NCBI GenBank assembly: GCA_963674865.2
Contig: CAXXYE010000009.1
Span: 1,963,697 to 2,027,696 of the forward strand
Source: Candidatus Hydrogenedentota bacterium
Lineage (GTDB): Bacteria > Hydrogenedentota > Hydrogenedentia > Hydrogenedentales > SLHB01
DNA length: 64,000 nt
Direction of reading: 5' to 3'
A program made the translations under genes and the position numbers. The notes under the pieces are model-generated. The model was not told where the DNA came from. It was given only the letters and a program-made list of their open reading frames with translations, and did not search any database. This document shows, one piece after another, positions 20,275 to 29,698 of this stretch. Every line of letters starts with the position of its first letter. Positions within the stretch are counted from its first letter, which is position 1.

Positions 20275-21175
20275 AACGAAGTTAGCTTCAATTCCGCAAT
20301 GTTCGAAGCGCGTTGGAAAAGCCCGTTGTGCCTCGCACTCGCAAATATCCGATCCTGGAGGATTCATAAGTTGCTGATTCGCGTCAAACAACAACTGAGT
20401 CGTCGGGGCCTAAATTAACCATCCTCCCGTCGCTGTTACGTGCACAGTTCAACCATCCACCTGTGGGGACGGGGTTCGAGGCTATGCCCTTGATATGTCA
20501 GCATTTGAAAGGCTTGGGGCAAGGGCAGTCGACTTGCGGACTAGACGAGTCACAAGGTTTACAGGCACAAGGCGTTGTTGCCAACCCAAGTGTCGGATTG
20601 AGGAAGCAACCCGCACTCGCCCCACCAATTCCGGACGGTCGAGGGACATAATATCAGCATAACGTAAGTGCCCCGAGTAACAAGTCTTTGTGCTGATAAG
20701 ACGTCTCGATTGTGGGATTGCCCTCTGCCCCAGTTCAGGCATGAGCACCGGCCAATGCCTTATCTTCGCCCTCAGCCGAAGTGGAACACGCGGAGCCCGT
20801 GGCCGTTACGTCGAGGAAAGGGTGATTGACTTGTCAGAAGCTGCGATGCCGCTCAACTCGGGCGCAGGGACAGGAGGACGGTCACAAGCTACGTAGGTCG
20901 AGCCCAGAACAGACGAAGCCCCGTCGAGCATGGAATAGGCATGATCGCAATGAGGCCGGCTAGCGTGAATGGCGCCCATTCCTAGCATAGAAGTAGCCTA
21001 ACGTCTTGCGCAATGCCGATTGTTCGGTTTTGCAAACCCTTATTGCGTAATAACTTACAGGGGTTGTCTGTGTGGGGCGGACGGCTGCCATGCCAACTCT
21101 ATTGCTGTTGACGACATTAGCAGGCACGAATACAATGGCCGACAAGAAACCTGCCGCGAGCGTAGGCCAGCTCAT

Positions 21176-24100
21176 ATGGGAAACACGAGAAAGAACGGCA
21201 TTATGGATTTTGGCATCGACCGCATCTTTGAAGTTGCTCCGTGGACAGTCGCAGAAACCTCTTTTGACGCGGCGCGAAATGAAGCCAGCGAATCGATCTT
21301 TTCGCTGGCCAACGGATACATGGGGGCTCGAGGGGCATTCGACGAAGGTTTTGACGGCCCTTCGATGGAAGGCTGCTACATCGCCGGTGTGTATGTCAAA
21401 GAGAAGCAGGTGTACAACTGGAAACGCAAATGCATGCCGGATTACGGCAATTTTATGACGCATGCCACCAACTGGCTGCGAACGTTCATCACTGTCGGCG
21501 ATGAACGTCTCGATATGGCGCATTCCGTGATTCAGGATTACCGGCGCGAATTGGACATGCGAAACGGCCTGTTGACGCGCAGGCTGACATTCCGCACCGG
21601 CGCGGGACACTTGACGGAACTCTGCTGGGAGCGTTTCATCAGCCACGACGACCGCCATCTGGCCGCCACCCGAGTGACGGTTAAGGCGCTCAACCATGAC
21701 CAGCCGGTACAGATTGAATTCCTGCTGGACGCCCAAAAGGAAAACACCTACCACGGCAATCTTTGCAGGCACGGCGTCACCGTGCGCCGGGCGGCCGGCC
21801 CGGACGGTATCGAACTGGTGCGCCGCATCGAAACCACGGGCCATCATTACAGCCATCGTATGTCGCTGCGCAGCAGCGAAGCGGACTTGCTCAAGAACGC
21901 CGCGTATCTCAACGAAGAGAACGAGGTAGGCTGCCGTGTCGCGTTTACGCCCGTCGCGGGGAGAGAATACACATTCGACAGAATTGTCTCCGTTTGGACT
22001 AGCCGCGAGGCGGGCTATCCCTTCGGATTGATTCCGAAGAGCAGCGATTCAGTCAAGGCGGACCCAGGGCTTTGCGAGCGGATGCTCAACTTTCTGAAAG
22101 ACAAGAGCAGCGCCCATTGTGATTCTTACAAGGACCTGTCTTATGCCGAGTTGAAAGAGAGGCACATCGCCACAATACATGCGACGTGGGATCGTCTGGA
22201 CATCGAGATTGATGGGGACGATTTATCCCAGCAGGGCGTCCGGTACTGTATCTTCCAGTTGTTCAACACCTATCAGGGCCAGGATCCGTATTTGAATATC
22301 GGGGCCAAGGGAATGACAGGCGAATGGTATTTCGGCCGGTATTTCTGGGACAGCGAGGCGTATTGTCTGCCCTATTATCTATTTACCGACCCGTCCTCAG
22401 CGCGGCGGCTCTTGGAATACCGATATAATACGCTGGACAAGGCGCGGGAACGCGCCCGCCAATTCAATCTCAAAGGCGCCTGGTACCCCTGGCAAACCAT
22501 TGACGGAAGCGAAGATCTCGGATATTGGGAGTACTCCTTCGGCGAGGTGCACATCAACGGCATCATTCCCTATGCCATATACAACTACACGCGCACCACC
22601 GGCGACACCTCGTACCTGTATGAGAAGGGCTTGGAAGTCCTCATCGAACAGAGCCGCTTCTGGGCCAGCCGCGTCTCGTACATTCCATGCCGCAGCGGCT
22701 ACGGCGTGCTGAAATGCATGGGCCCGGACGAATACCAGCAGGTGGTAGATAACAACTACTATACCAACTACATCGCCCAGTGGACGCTGCGGTATACGAT
22801 CGCATCGATTGAGGGTGCTCGGAAAAACGCCCCCGAGGACGCTGCGCGCATTCTGAAGAAGGTCGAGTTCGACGACACAGAAAGCGGGCTCTGGCAAGAG
22901 ATCGCCGACATGATGCTCCTGCCTTATGACGAAAAGCTGGGTATTTTTGTGCAAGACGACTCGTTCCTATCGCTCGAGCCGTCCTTCCGGGAGCACCTGA
23001 GCAAAGAAAACGACATTCCTCTAGAAAAATATTGGACGATCGATCGTTTCCAACGGTGCGATCTCATTAAGCAGGCCGACGTGCTGATGATGCTGTTTCT
23101 GTTCCGCGATGTATTCAGCGTCGAACAAACTGCCAGCAACTACCAGTTCTACGAACAACGCACCATACACGGCTCGTCGTTGTCTCCATCTGTCCATTCC
23201 ATTCTGGCCGCTCGAATCGCACGCTATCATCAGGCGTACCAATACTATCTCTGGGCGTCCCGCGTTGATTTGGACGATTACAATAACAACGTCTACGAGG
23301 GCCTACACATTTCGTCAATGGCCGGGACCTGGATGAATATCGTGTTCGGATTCGGCGGCGTGGTGGTGGAGGACGACGCCCTCGCGCTCAATCCGCACCT
23401 GCCGTGTCCTTGGAAGAGTCTCTCGTTCAAGATTCACTTCCGCAACCGACTTGTCGAGGTGAAGATGGCCGAAGACAGCACGATGTGCCGCCTAATCCCG
23501 GAAGGAGACGGGGACGAGGCGGAACCGCTGAAGGTAAAGATTGGCGGTGCCGAGACATTGATTTCGCAAACGCCGGTGGCTGTCCCGGCTGCGCCGCGAC
23601 CGCAACAAGATTTCGAGGCGGTTGTCTTCGATTTGGACGGCGTGATTTGCGATACGGCCCACTATCATTACAAGGCTTGGAAGACGTTGGCTGACGAGCA
23701 CGGCATATACTTTGATTCCCGCATCAACGAGCGCCTGAAAGGCGTTTCCCGGATGGACTCTCTGAACATCGTGCTTGAAAAGAGTGCAAAGACGTATTCG
23801 CCGGCCGAGAAAGAAGCGATGGCCGATACCAAGAACCGGCTCTACCGGGAAATGCTCAAGGAGATCGCGCCAGATAATCTGCTGCCCGGTATAGAGGCAT
23901 TCTTGAAGGGATTGAGAGACGACGGAATCAAGACAGCCCTGTACTCGGCCAGCAGGAACACGGACACGATCCTTGAGCGCCTTGGCATCCGAGACTTGTT
24001 CGATGAAGTCATTACAGGAAATGATGTGGCAAGGAACAAGCCCGATCCCCAGGGATTCCTGATGGCGGCCGAGCGGCTTGGTGTCCAACCGTCTGCATGC

Positions 24101-24256
24101 GTCGGCGTTGAAGACGCCTTTGCAGGCATTCAGGCCGCAGCCAGTGCGGGCATGAAGACCATCGGGATCGGCTACAAGAGCGACCTCTATAACGCCGACT
24201 ACGTTTTGTCCTCAACCGCCTATCTGACAAAGGACAAACTCGAAATGCTGTTTTAG
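21176..24256 (+). CDS. GH65 glucoside phosphorylase fused to a C-terminal beta-phosphoglucomutase
   Basis: ESIFSLANGYMGARG, FWDSE, GPDEY, KQAD, HGSSLS (GH65); FDLDGVICDT, KPDP, EDA..G (HAD beta-PGM). Start at 21176 or 21203. Confidence 0.9.
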   Translation: MGNTRKNGIMDFGIDRIFEVAPWTVAETSFDAARNEASESIFSLANGYMGARGAFDEGFDGPSMEGCYIAGVYVKEKQVYNWKRKCMPDYGNFMTHATNWLRTFITVGDERLDMAHSVIQDYRRELDMRNGLLTRRLTFRTGAGHLTELCWERFISHDDRHLAATRVTVKALNHDQPVQIEFLLDAQKENTYHGNLCRHGVTVRRAAGPDGIELVRRIETTGHHYSHRMSLRSSEADLLKNAAYLNEENEVGCRVAFTPVAGREYTFDRIVSVWTSREAGYPFGLIPKSSDSVKADPGLCERMLNFLKDKSSAHCDSYKDLSYAELKERHIATIHATWDRLDIEIDGDDLSQQGVRYCIFQLFNTYQGQDPYLNIGAKGMTGEWYFGRYFWDSEAYCLPYYLFTDPSSARRLLEYRYNTLDKARERARQFNLKGAWYPWQTIDGSEDLGYWEYSFGEVHINGIIPYAIYNYTRTTGDTSYLYEKGLEVLIEQSRFWASRVSYIPCRSGYGVLKCMGPDEYQQVVDNNYYTNYIAQWTLRYTIASIEGARKNAPEDAARILKKVEFDDTESGLWQEIADMMLLPYDEKLGIFVQDDSFLSLEPSFREHLSKENDIPLEKYWTIDRFQRCDLIKQADVLMMLFLFRDVFSVEQTASNYQFYEQRTIHGSSLSPSVHSILAARIARYHQAYQYYLWASRVDLDDYNNNVYEGLHISSMAGTWMNIVFGFGGVVVEDDALALNPHLPCPWKSLSFKIHFRNRLVEVKMAEDSTMCRLIPEGDGDEAEPLKVKIGGAETLISQTPVAVPAAPRPQQDFEAVVFDLDGVICDTAHYHYKAWKTLADEHGIYFDSRINERLKGVSRMDSLNIVLEKSAKTYSPAEKEAMADTKNRLYREMLKEIAPDNLLPGIEAFLKGLRDDGIKTALYSASRNTDTILERLGIRDLFDEVITGNDVARNKPDPQGFLMAAERLGVQPSACVGVEDAFAGIQAAASAGMKTIGIGYKSDLYNADYVLSSTAYLTKDKLEMLF

Positions 24257-24412
24257 GCGCGGTTCTGTGTCGGCAGGCAAAGTGGGGTTGCCCTGTTTTG
24301 TCGGACACGTGAGGGACAATAGAATATGGGAAAGGAGGCCCGAACGTGGCACGACGGCAGTAGAAGTCCCATCGAGGTGACGATGATTGGACTTGGCGGT
24401 TTCTTCAATTGC

Positions 24413-24540
24413 CTAGCGGGCCAGTTTTCGAAGAAACGTCAATTCTAAGGTATCGTTGCATAATGGCGACTTTGATGACGGCGAGGAAGTTGATAGCGCG
24501 TTCTTCGAGACGGGTGGCGATGCCGCGGCGTTCTTTGATC
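24413..24540 (-). mobile_element. IS5-family transposase 3' remnant
   Basis: Manual translation IKERRGIATRLEERAINFLAVIKVAIMQRYLR matches the RRIATRYEK..NFLA IS5 C-terminal motif; ends in ...GGCCCGCTAG. Confidence 0.65.
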
Positions 24541-24563
24541 GATCTGATAAGGGGACTCTACTC

Positions 24564-26640
24564 TTGAAGGTTTTGCTGACAATAATTTCCATGGCCCTCA
24601 TCCGGTGTTTCTACCCAGCTGCGCCACGACCCCTTTGCCTCCAGAAGCGGCGGGAGTGTCCCAGTTGCGAGTGGCAACGGTGTTTTCAGACAACATGGTG
24701 TTGCAGCGCGACATGCCCGTGAAACTGTGGGGATGGGCTCTGCCTGAAACAGCGGTTTCCGTGAGCCTAAACGGCCACTCAGTGACGGTTATGCCGAATA
24801 CTGACGGTGAATGGGAGGCGGCATTACCCACTATGTCGGCGGGTGGTCCATATACGCTTGGCGTGTCGCAGGGAGATGACGCAATCACCTTAGAAAATGT
24901 GATGATGGGCGATGTATGGGTGTGCTCAGGACAATCCAACATGGTCTGGCCTGTGGATTCGGGGATTCTAGGCGTCGATAATGCAGAAGAAGAACGTGCG
25001 AATGCCGACTGGCCAAGTATTCGCCTCTTAGCGGTAACGCCATCTGGAAGCGATACACCATTGGAAGAAGCGGATGTGCGGGGATGGAATGTATGCGGGC
25101 CGAAAACGGTTGGCCAGTTCTCCGCAGTCGCGTATTTCTTTGGACGTGACCTTCATAAGCGGATTGGCATCCCGATTGGTTTGATCCAATCTTCTTACGG
25201 TGGCACAACCGCCGAGGCATGGGTGAGTGAAGCCGGACTTCGCAGGCTGCCGCATTGTGCCGCTTTTCTGGACGCTTTAGAGAGGGATCCGGCCATTCGT
25301 TCGGAGGTTGCGGATTCTTTCAAGAACCATTTTACTTCCTGGAAAGATCTGTTGAACGACTCGGATGCCGGACATGCGGACGGGCAACCAATATGGGCGG
25401 CGTTCGAACTGGATGATACGGACTGGGACACCATCCCATTGCCTTCGTATTGGGAGGATGCCGGATATCCTGATTTGGATGGTTTGATGTGGTTTCGGCG
25501 GGATGTGGAACTTGATCCTGCTGTAGCTGATACGGAGTTGCGGCTGCACCTATGCGACATCAACGACCGTATTCAAATATGGTTCAACGGAGTACCTATC
25601 GTCGAATGGGCTCTGAATGAACAACCTGCTGGGGGATTCGTCATTCCACCGAATTGGTGCGCCCGGGCAAGAACGTGATTACGATTCGTATCTATGACAT
25701 GGGAAACAAAGGCGGCTTCTTCGGCGAAGCATCCGACTTATGGTTACGAATCGGAACAGGAGAGGATGGCCCCACCATTTCCTTGGCCGGCGATTGGAAA
25801 TGCCGTCCAGGCTTCTATATGGACAAGAGAACATTCCCGGAATTGCCACGCCCTAGCTTGTTGGCGCCGGGTAATCCGAACTTTCCATGCAATAAGTACA
25901 ACGCGATGTTGGCGCCACTGACACAGCTCGCCATCAAGGGAGCAGTGTGGTATCAAGGTGAAGCAAACGCGAGACGCGCCTATGAATATCGCTCGCTATT
26001 GCCGGCTTTGATCACCGACTGGCGTGATCAGTGGGGACAAGGCGACTTCCCATTTTTGACTGTCCAACTGCCCAATTTCGGGACTGATCTGGATGAACCA
26101 GGAGATGCCGCATGGGCGGAGATGCGCGAAGCTCAGATGATGGCCCTCGAGCTACCCAATACCGGCCTGGCAATCACCATTGATTTGGGTGATCCAAGAG
26201 ACATTCATCCCACGAATAAACAAGATGTGGGTGCGCGCTTAGCACTGGTGGCACGGCATGTTGCCTATGGTGAAAAGATCACCTATACCGGTCCAGCCTT
26301 TGCCCGTTCGACGATTGAAGACAATCGCATACGAGTGCATTTCACCCAAACCGGCGGCGGATTGGTCGTCAAGGGCGATGGCCTCTTGAAAGGGTTTGCC
26401 ATCGCAGGAGAGAACCGTGAATTTGTCTGGGCCGATGCCGTCATTGACGGCGATGACGTGGTCGTTTCGAGTACGCTGGCTCCTCGACCCGTTGCCGTGC
26501 GATACGCCTGGGCCAACAATCCCACATGCAATCTTTACAACACGGAAGGGCTGCCGGCGTCGACATTTCGAACCGATGACTGGCCGGGCCTCACGAAGGG
26601 CAGAATACTCAGGCTCCCGGAAATCGCCGCGGCGAAATAG
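24564..26640 (+). pseudogene. Sialate O-acetylesterase (SASA) with an inserted sugar-binding domain; frameshifted (real or sequencing error)
   Basis: FSDNMVLQRD, GDVWVCSGQSNM, FSAVAYFFG in ORF 24605-25678; WYQGE, QLPNF, DIHP, AVRYAW in ORF 25654-26640. Frame break near 25650 and probably near 24603. Confidence 0.8.
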
Positions 26641-26754
26641 AAGCCAGCCAATTACAGAGGCCTGCAAACACGCAACGATATTGGGCAGATTTGCTAAGTT
26701 CCCGATGGAGAAGACTCCATACTCTCCCATGACCTTCTCCATAGTCATTGTTCA

Positions 26755-29316
26755 TTAGTCTCTAGCATAACCTTCCGGCCCGATTCGTTTTTCAGGGATC
26801 GGTTTGAACCCAAGGGCGAAGGCGGGTGAATCGGGTCTAAGTTCATACTGCGTGAGAGCATTCGATACAAATCCGGGATCAGCTACAATGGAATGTGCAT
26901 CAAGCCCCGCTTTCAGCCAATTATCAAAGCTACCTTCAGGGGTAATGTCTCGATCCGTTGCGGCGATTTCGGGATCTCCATAGCACCAGAGAAGGTTATA
27001 GTCACATTCTTTGAATAGGGTTGGTTGCCATAGGCGTGTGGAAGATTTCCAAATGCGTTGTTCCGAATCCTGATACGCGATGATGTTGTTCTTGAAGGTA
27101 ATATCCATCATGAACTCGTCACGAGGTTGCAGCCGGAGTTGCTCAAACGAGGCGTTCAAGAATATGTTGTTTTCGACACGGTTGTTGCGGCCCCCATGGA
27201 TGCATATCCCTCCAAACTCGGTTCCATCGACAATGTTCCCATACACGGTGGTGCCACTGCTGTAATCATCGAGATAGATGCCCCACGTAAAGTAGGGACT
27301 CTTGATCTCACCTTCTGGCGAGGTATTCATGCCTACAACATTACGGATTAGATTGTACCGGATAATGTTGCCGCTATCTTCCTCATCACGGCCAAGTGTT
27401 TCGATGGCTCCGGTATCGCAGGTCTCAAGGTTGGTGTCTATGAGTTCGTTGAACTCGACAAGGTTATGGTGTGAATACGAGTCGATGTCATACGACTTTG
27501 TGGAAATGCCGTATCGCGGGGTGCGCTGGATGCGATTGTGGACAATGCGGTTGCCGCTGCCGGTGGTGACATAGACTCCTCCCACATGTTTATAGATGAG
27601 CCCAATGTCCATAATGGTGTTCGCCGCGACGAGATTGTCATGCGCCTGGGTTTCGGTGTCGCCCACCATGATCACCCCCCCTTGGCCTAGGTTGTTCATG
27701 GTGTTGTGCGCAATGGTATTGCCATAACTTTTCTGCTCGATAAGCGCAGCATACCCTCCCAAACGGGTAAAAGTGTTGTCCTTCACAACACAATGCCGTG
27801 CTTTACTTAAGCGGATGGCGGCATCGGCTGGTCTATAGGTCTGGCCAAAGGTATAGGTAGAATCCATAAACGTCAGATCTTGAAAATGGATGTGCTCGGT
27901 ATAGGCATCGTCCGTTCCTTTCAGCACTACAAGTCGATCCAGCATGGGCGCGACAACATCCACATCGGGAAAATTATCTTCCATAGGCCAATAGAGGATT
28001 TGTCCCATCTCCGAATCGATGTACCATTCTCCCGGAGTATCCAATGCAGCACGCGTCCCTGCGATAAAGAAGCGATTCCCAGAACGAATATCAAGCGGAC
28101 TATCAACGAGCAGGGATGATCGGTCCTTGTCTGTGCCGAGAATGGGGAGAATGGTGTTGACCCATCCCATCGCGGGGAAGATGTATAAACTTGCGCCTTC
28201 CCAGCAATCCCAATCCGGAAACGCATCAGACTCCATAATAAGTCGATCTCTCGTGACTATTGGATTCGAGATGCCAACGGCAATATCGTTACCAGAGGCT
28301 CTTGAACATGTTTCGGCCTGAATAAGAATGGCGTGCTTGCCTGCGCCCGGTGCTTCAAGCGTATGTTCCCCGGTACTATCAATGTGCACAGCGTAATCCG
28401 GACGCCAATCGGACTCGTCGCACAGAATGAACGCATCAAGATACGCTGCGCCTCCACCAGCGTTTCGCCAATAAAGTGTTTGTTTTCCCGCCGGAATTTG
28501 TAGCGTGGCAGAATGCCCCCAACGCGTGTTGATATATCCCGCCGCTCCTGTGTAAGGCATATCGGTAAGTGGGGCCTTAGCTCCACCCACCACCCCAAAC
28601 ACCGTTTGATTATCCATGGTCCATTTGTATTCATCTTTCATCAAATGACCGTAATACACCCAGACGGCGTACTCGTCATCAACGGGGATATCGACCTCCC
28701 ATTCAAGGCAATCCCCAATGGTATCGATCTGATTCACACCAACGCCAAATACACCGCCTTCCTTTGGGGGAATTGTCTGTGCCGCGAACGCCCACCCTCC
28801 CTTGCGCGGGTGTTCCGGATCGAAGTTTGGCTCGCGGGCCTTAACGGCCCATTCATCCCCTACACGAAGCGTGCTAAAACACCAATCATCTTGCTGAATA
28901 TCTAGAAGGTCCGTGGCCCAAAGCGTGTCATCCAATTTGCGCCAACCAGCGAGGGGATGCCCGCCACTTAGCACCGCACGTTCTTCCGGAAACGAAGCAA
29001 AGGTGACAGGACAATCTTCCGTTCCAGATTCCTCTGGTGTAAGTAGGAGTGGTTTGGACAGATAATAGGTGCCTTCGCGAAGAAGAACCCGAACGGGTTG
29101 TTGAGATTTGGCGGCCTGGCTCTGCTTGAGCTTACGCAATGCCTCGATCGCCCGTCCAACCGTAGCGAATGGCTCATCCTTTGTTCCTGACCACTGGTCG
29201 TTTCCATGGGGCGAGACATAATACGTCCGCTCTTTGTTCTCCGCTCCAAGACCTCCAACAGAACTCATCAGCACGATCATAGAGATGATTAGTCGCACAG
29301 TTGTTTTCCTTGCCAC
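26755..29316 (-). CDS. Secreted right-handed parallel beta-helix protein (putative polysaccharide lyase/hydrolase) with an inserted CBM-like domain
   Basis: YVSPHGND..SGT...PFAT, LREGTY, LDTPGEWY, DTGAI, WGIYLDDYSSG, ADPGF; PbH1-like repeats. Confidence 0.8.
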   Translation of the reverse strand: MARKTTVRLIISMIVLMSSVGGLGAENKERTYYVSPHGNDQWSGTKDEPFATVGRAIEALRKLKQSQAAKSQQPVRVLLREGTYYLSKPLLLTPEESGTEDCPVTFASFPEERAVLSGGHPLAGWRKLDDTLWATDLLDIQQDDWCFSTLRVGDEWAVKAREPNFDPEHPRKGGWAFAAQTIPPKEGGVFGVGVNQIDTIGDCLEWEVDIPVDDEYAVWVYYGHLMKDEYKWTMDNQTVFGVVGGAKAPLTDMPYTGAAGYINTRWGHSATLQIPAGKQTLYWRNAGGGAAYLDAFILCDESDWRPDYAVHIDSTGEHTLEAPGAGKHAILIQAETCSRASGNDIAVGISNPIVTRDRLIMESDAFPDWDCWEGASLYIFPAMGWVNTILPILGTDKDRSSLLVDSPLDIRSGNRFFIAGTRAALDTPGEWYIDSEMGQILYWPMEDNFPDVDVVAPMLDRLVVLKGTDDAYTEHIHFQDLTFMDSTYTFGQTYRPADAAIRLSKARHCVVKDNTFTRLGGYAALIEQKSYGNTIAHNTMNNLGQGGVIMVGDTETQAHDNLVAANTIMDIGLIYKHVGGVYVTTGSGNRIVHNRIQRTPRYGISTKSYDIDSYSHHNLVEFNELIDTNLETCDTGAIETLGRDEEDSGNIIRYNLIRNVVGMNTSPEGEIKSPYFTWGIYLDDYSSGTTVYGNIVDGTEFGGICIHGGRNNRVENNIFLNASFEQLRLQPRDEFMMDITFKNNIIAYQDSEQRIWKSSTRLWQPTLFKECDYNLLWCYGDPEIAATDRDITPEGSFDNWLKAGLDAHSIVADPGFVSNALTQYELRPDSPAFALGFKPIPEKRIGPEGYARD

Positions 29317-29379
29317 TTTGCATGGAATTCATTCTTTCGAGAGGATTTGATACTGACTGTCAGGAATAGTGGCGCCATC

Positions 29380-29640
29380 GTTGGCCGCAAAGACAGATGC
29401 GGGACGCCACGCCCCAGCCTAGCCGGTCTCTCTTTGATGCGCGGCCGAACCAGGCAGCGCTTCAAAACGACGAGTTCTTGGCGAGGAGCAAGATTCTTAG
29501 CCCTCAAATACGCGACAATATTCAGTCTTCGAACAGTCCAACGAAAGCCGTTTCTGATGATATCGAGCATCATTGAAGCTTACTCGGCAGATGCTGTAAG
29601 TTCAACGGTAGCAATGCGTACGGGTAAGTGCGAGGCACGC
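29380..29640 (-). pseudogene. N-terminal relic of an integrase-core transposase
   Basis: AKNLAPRQELVVLKRCLVRPRIKER resembles the ENLALRQQLAVLKR..RPRL N-terminus of this family. Confidence 0.6.
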
Positions 29641-29698
29641 CCCTCCGGCATCGGCGCGCCCTGCTGCCGCGGGCCTGACTGGAAGCAAAAAGAAAACC

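Noticed and set aside
20608..20628. GCACTCGCCCCACCA as a possible att copy of the tRNA 3' end
   Set aside because: Short, mismatched and in the wrong orientation for a direct repeat.
24340..24410. WDFYCRRAT fragment suggestive of another transposase
   Set aside because: Too short to support a call.
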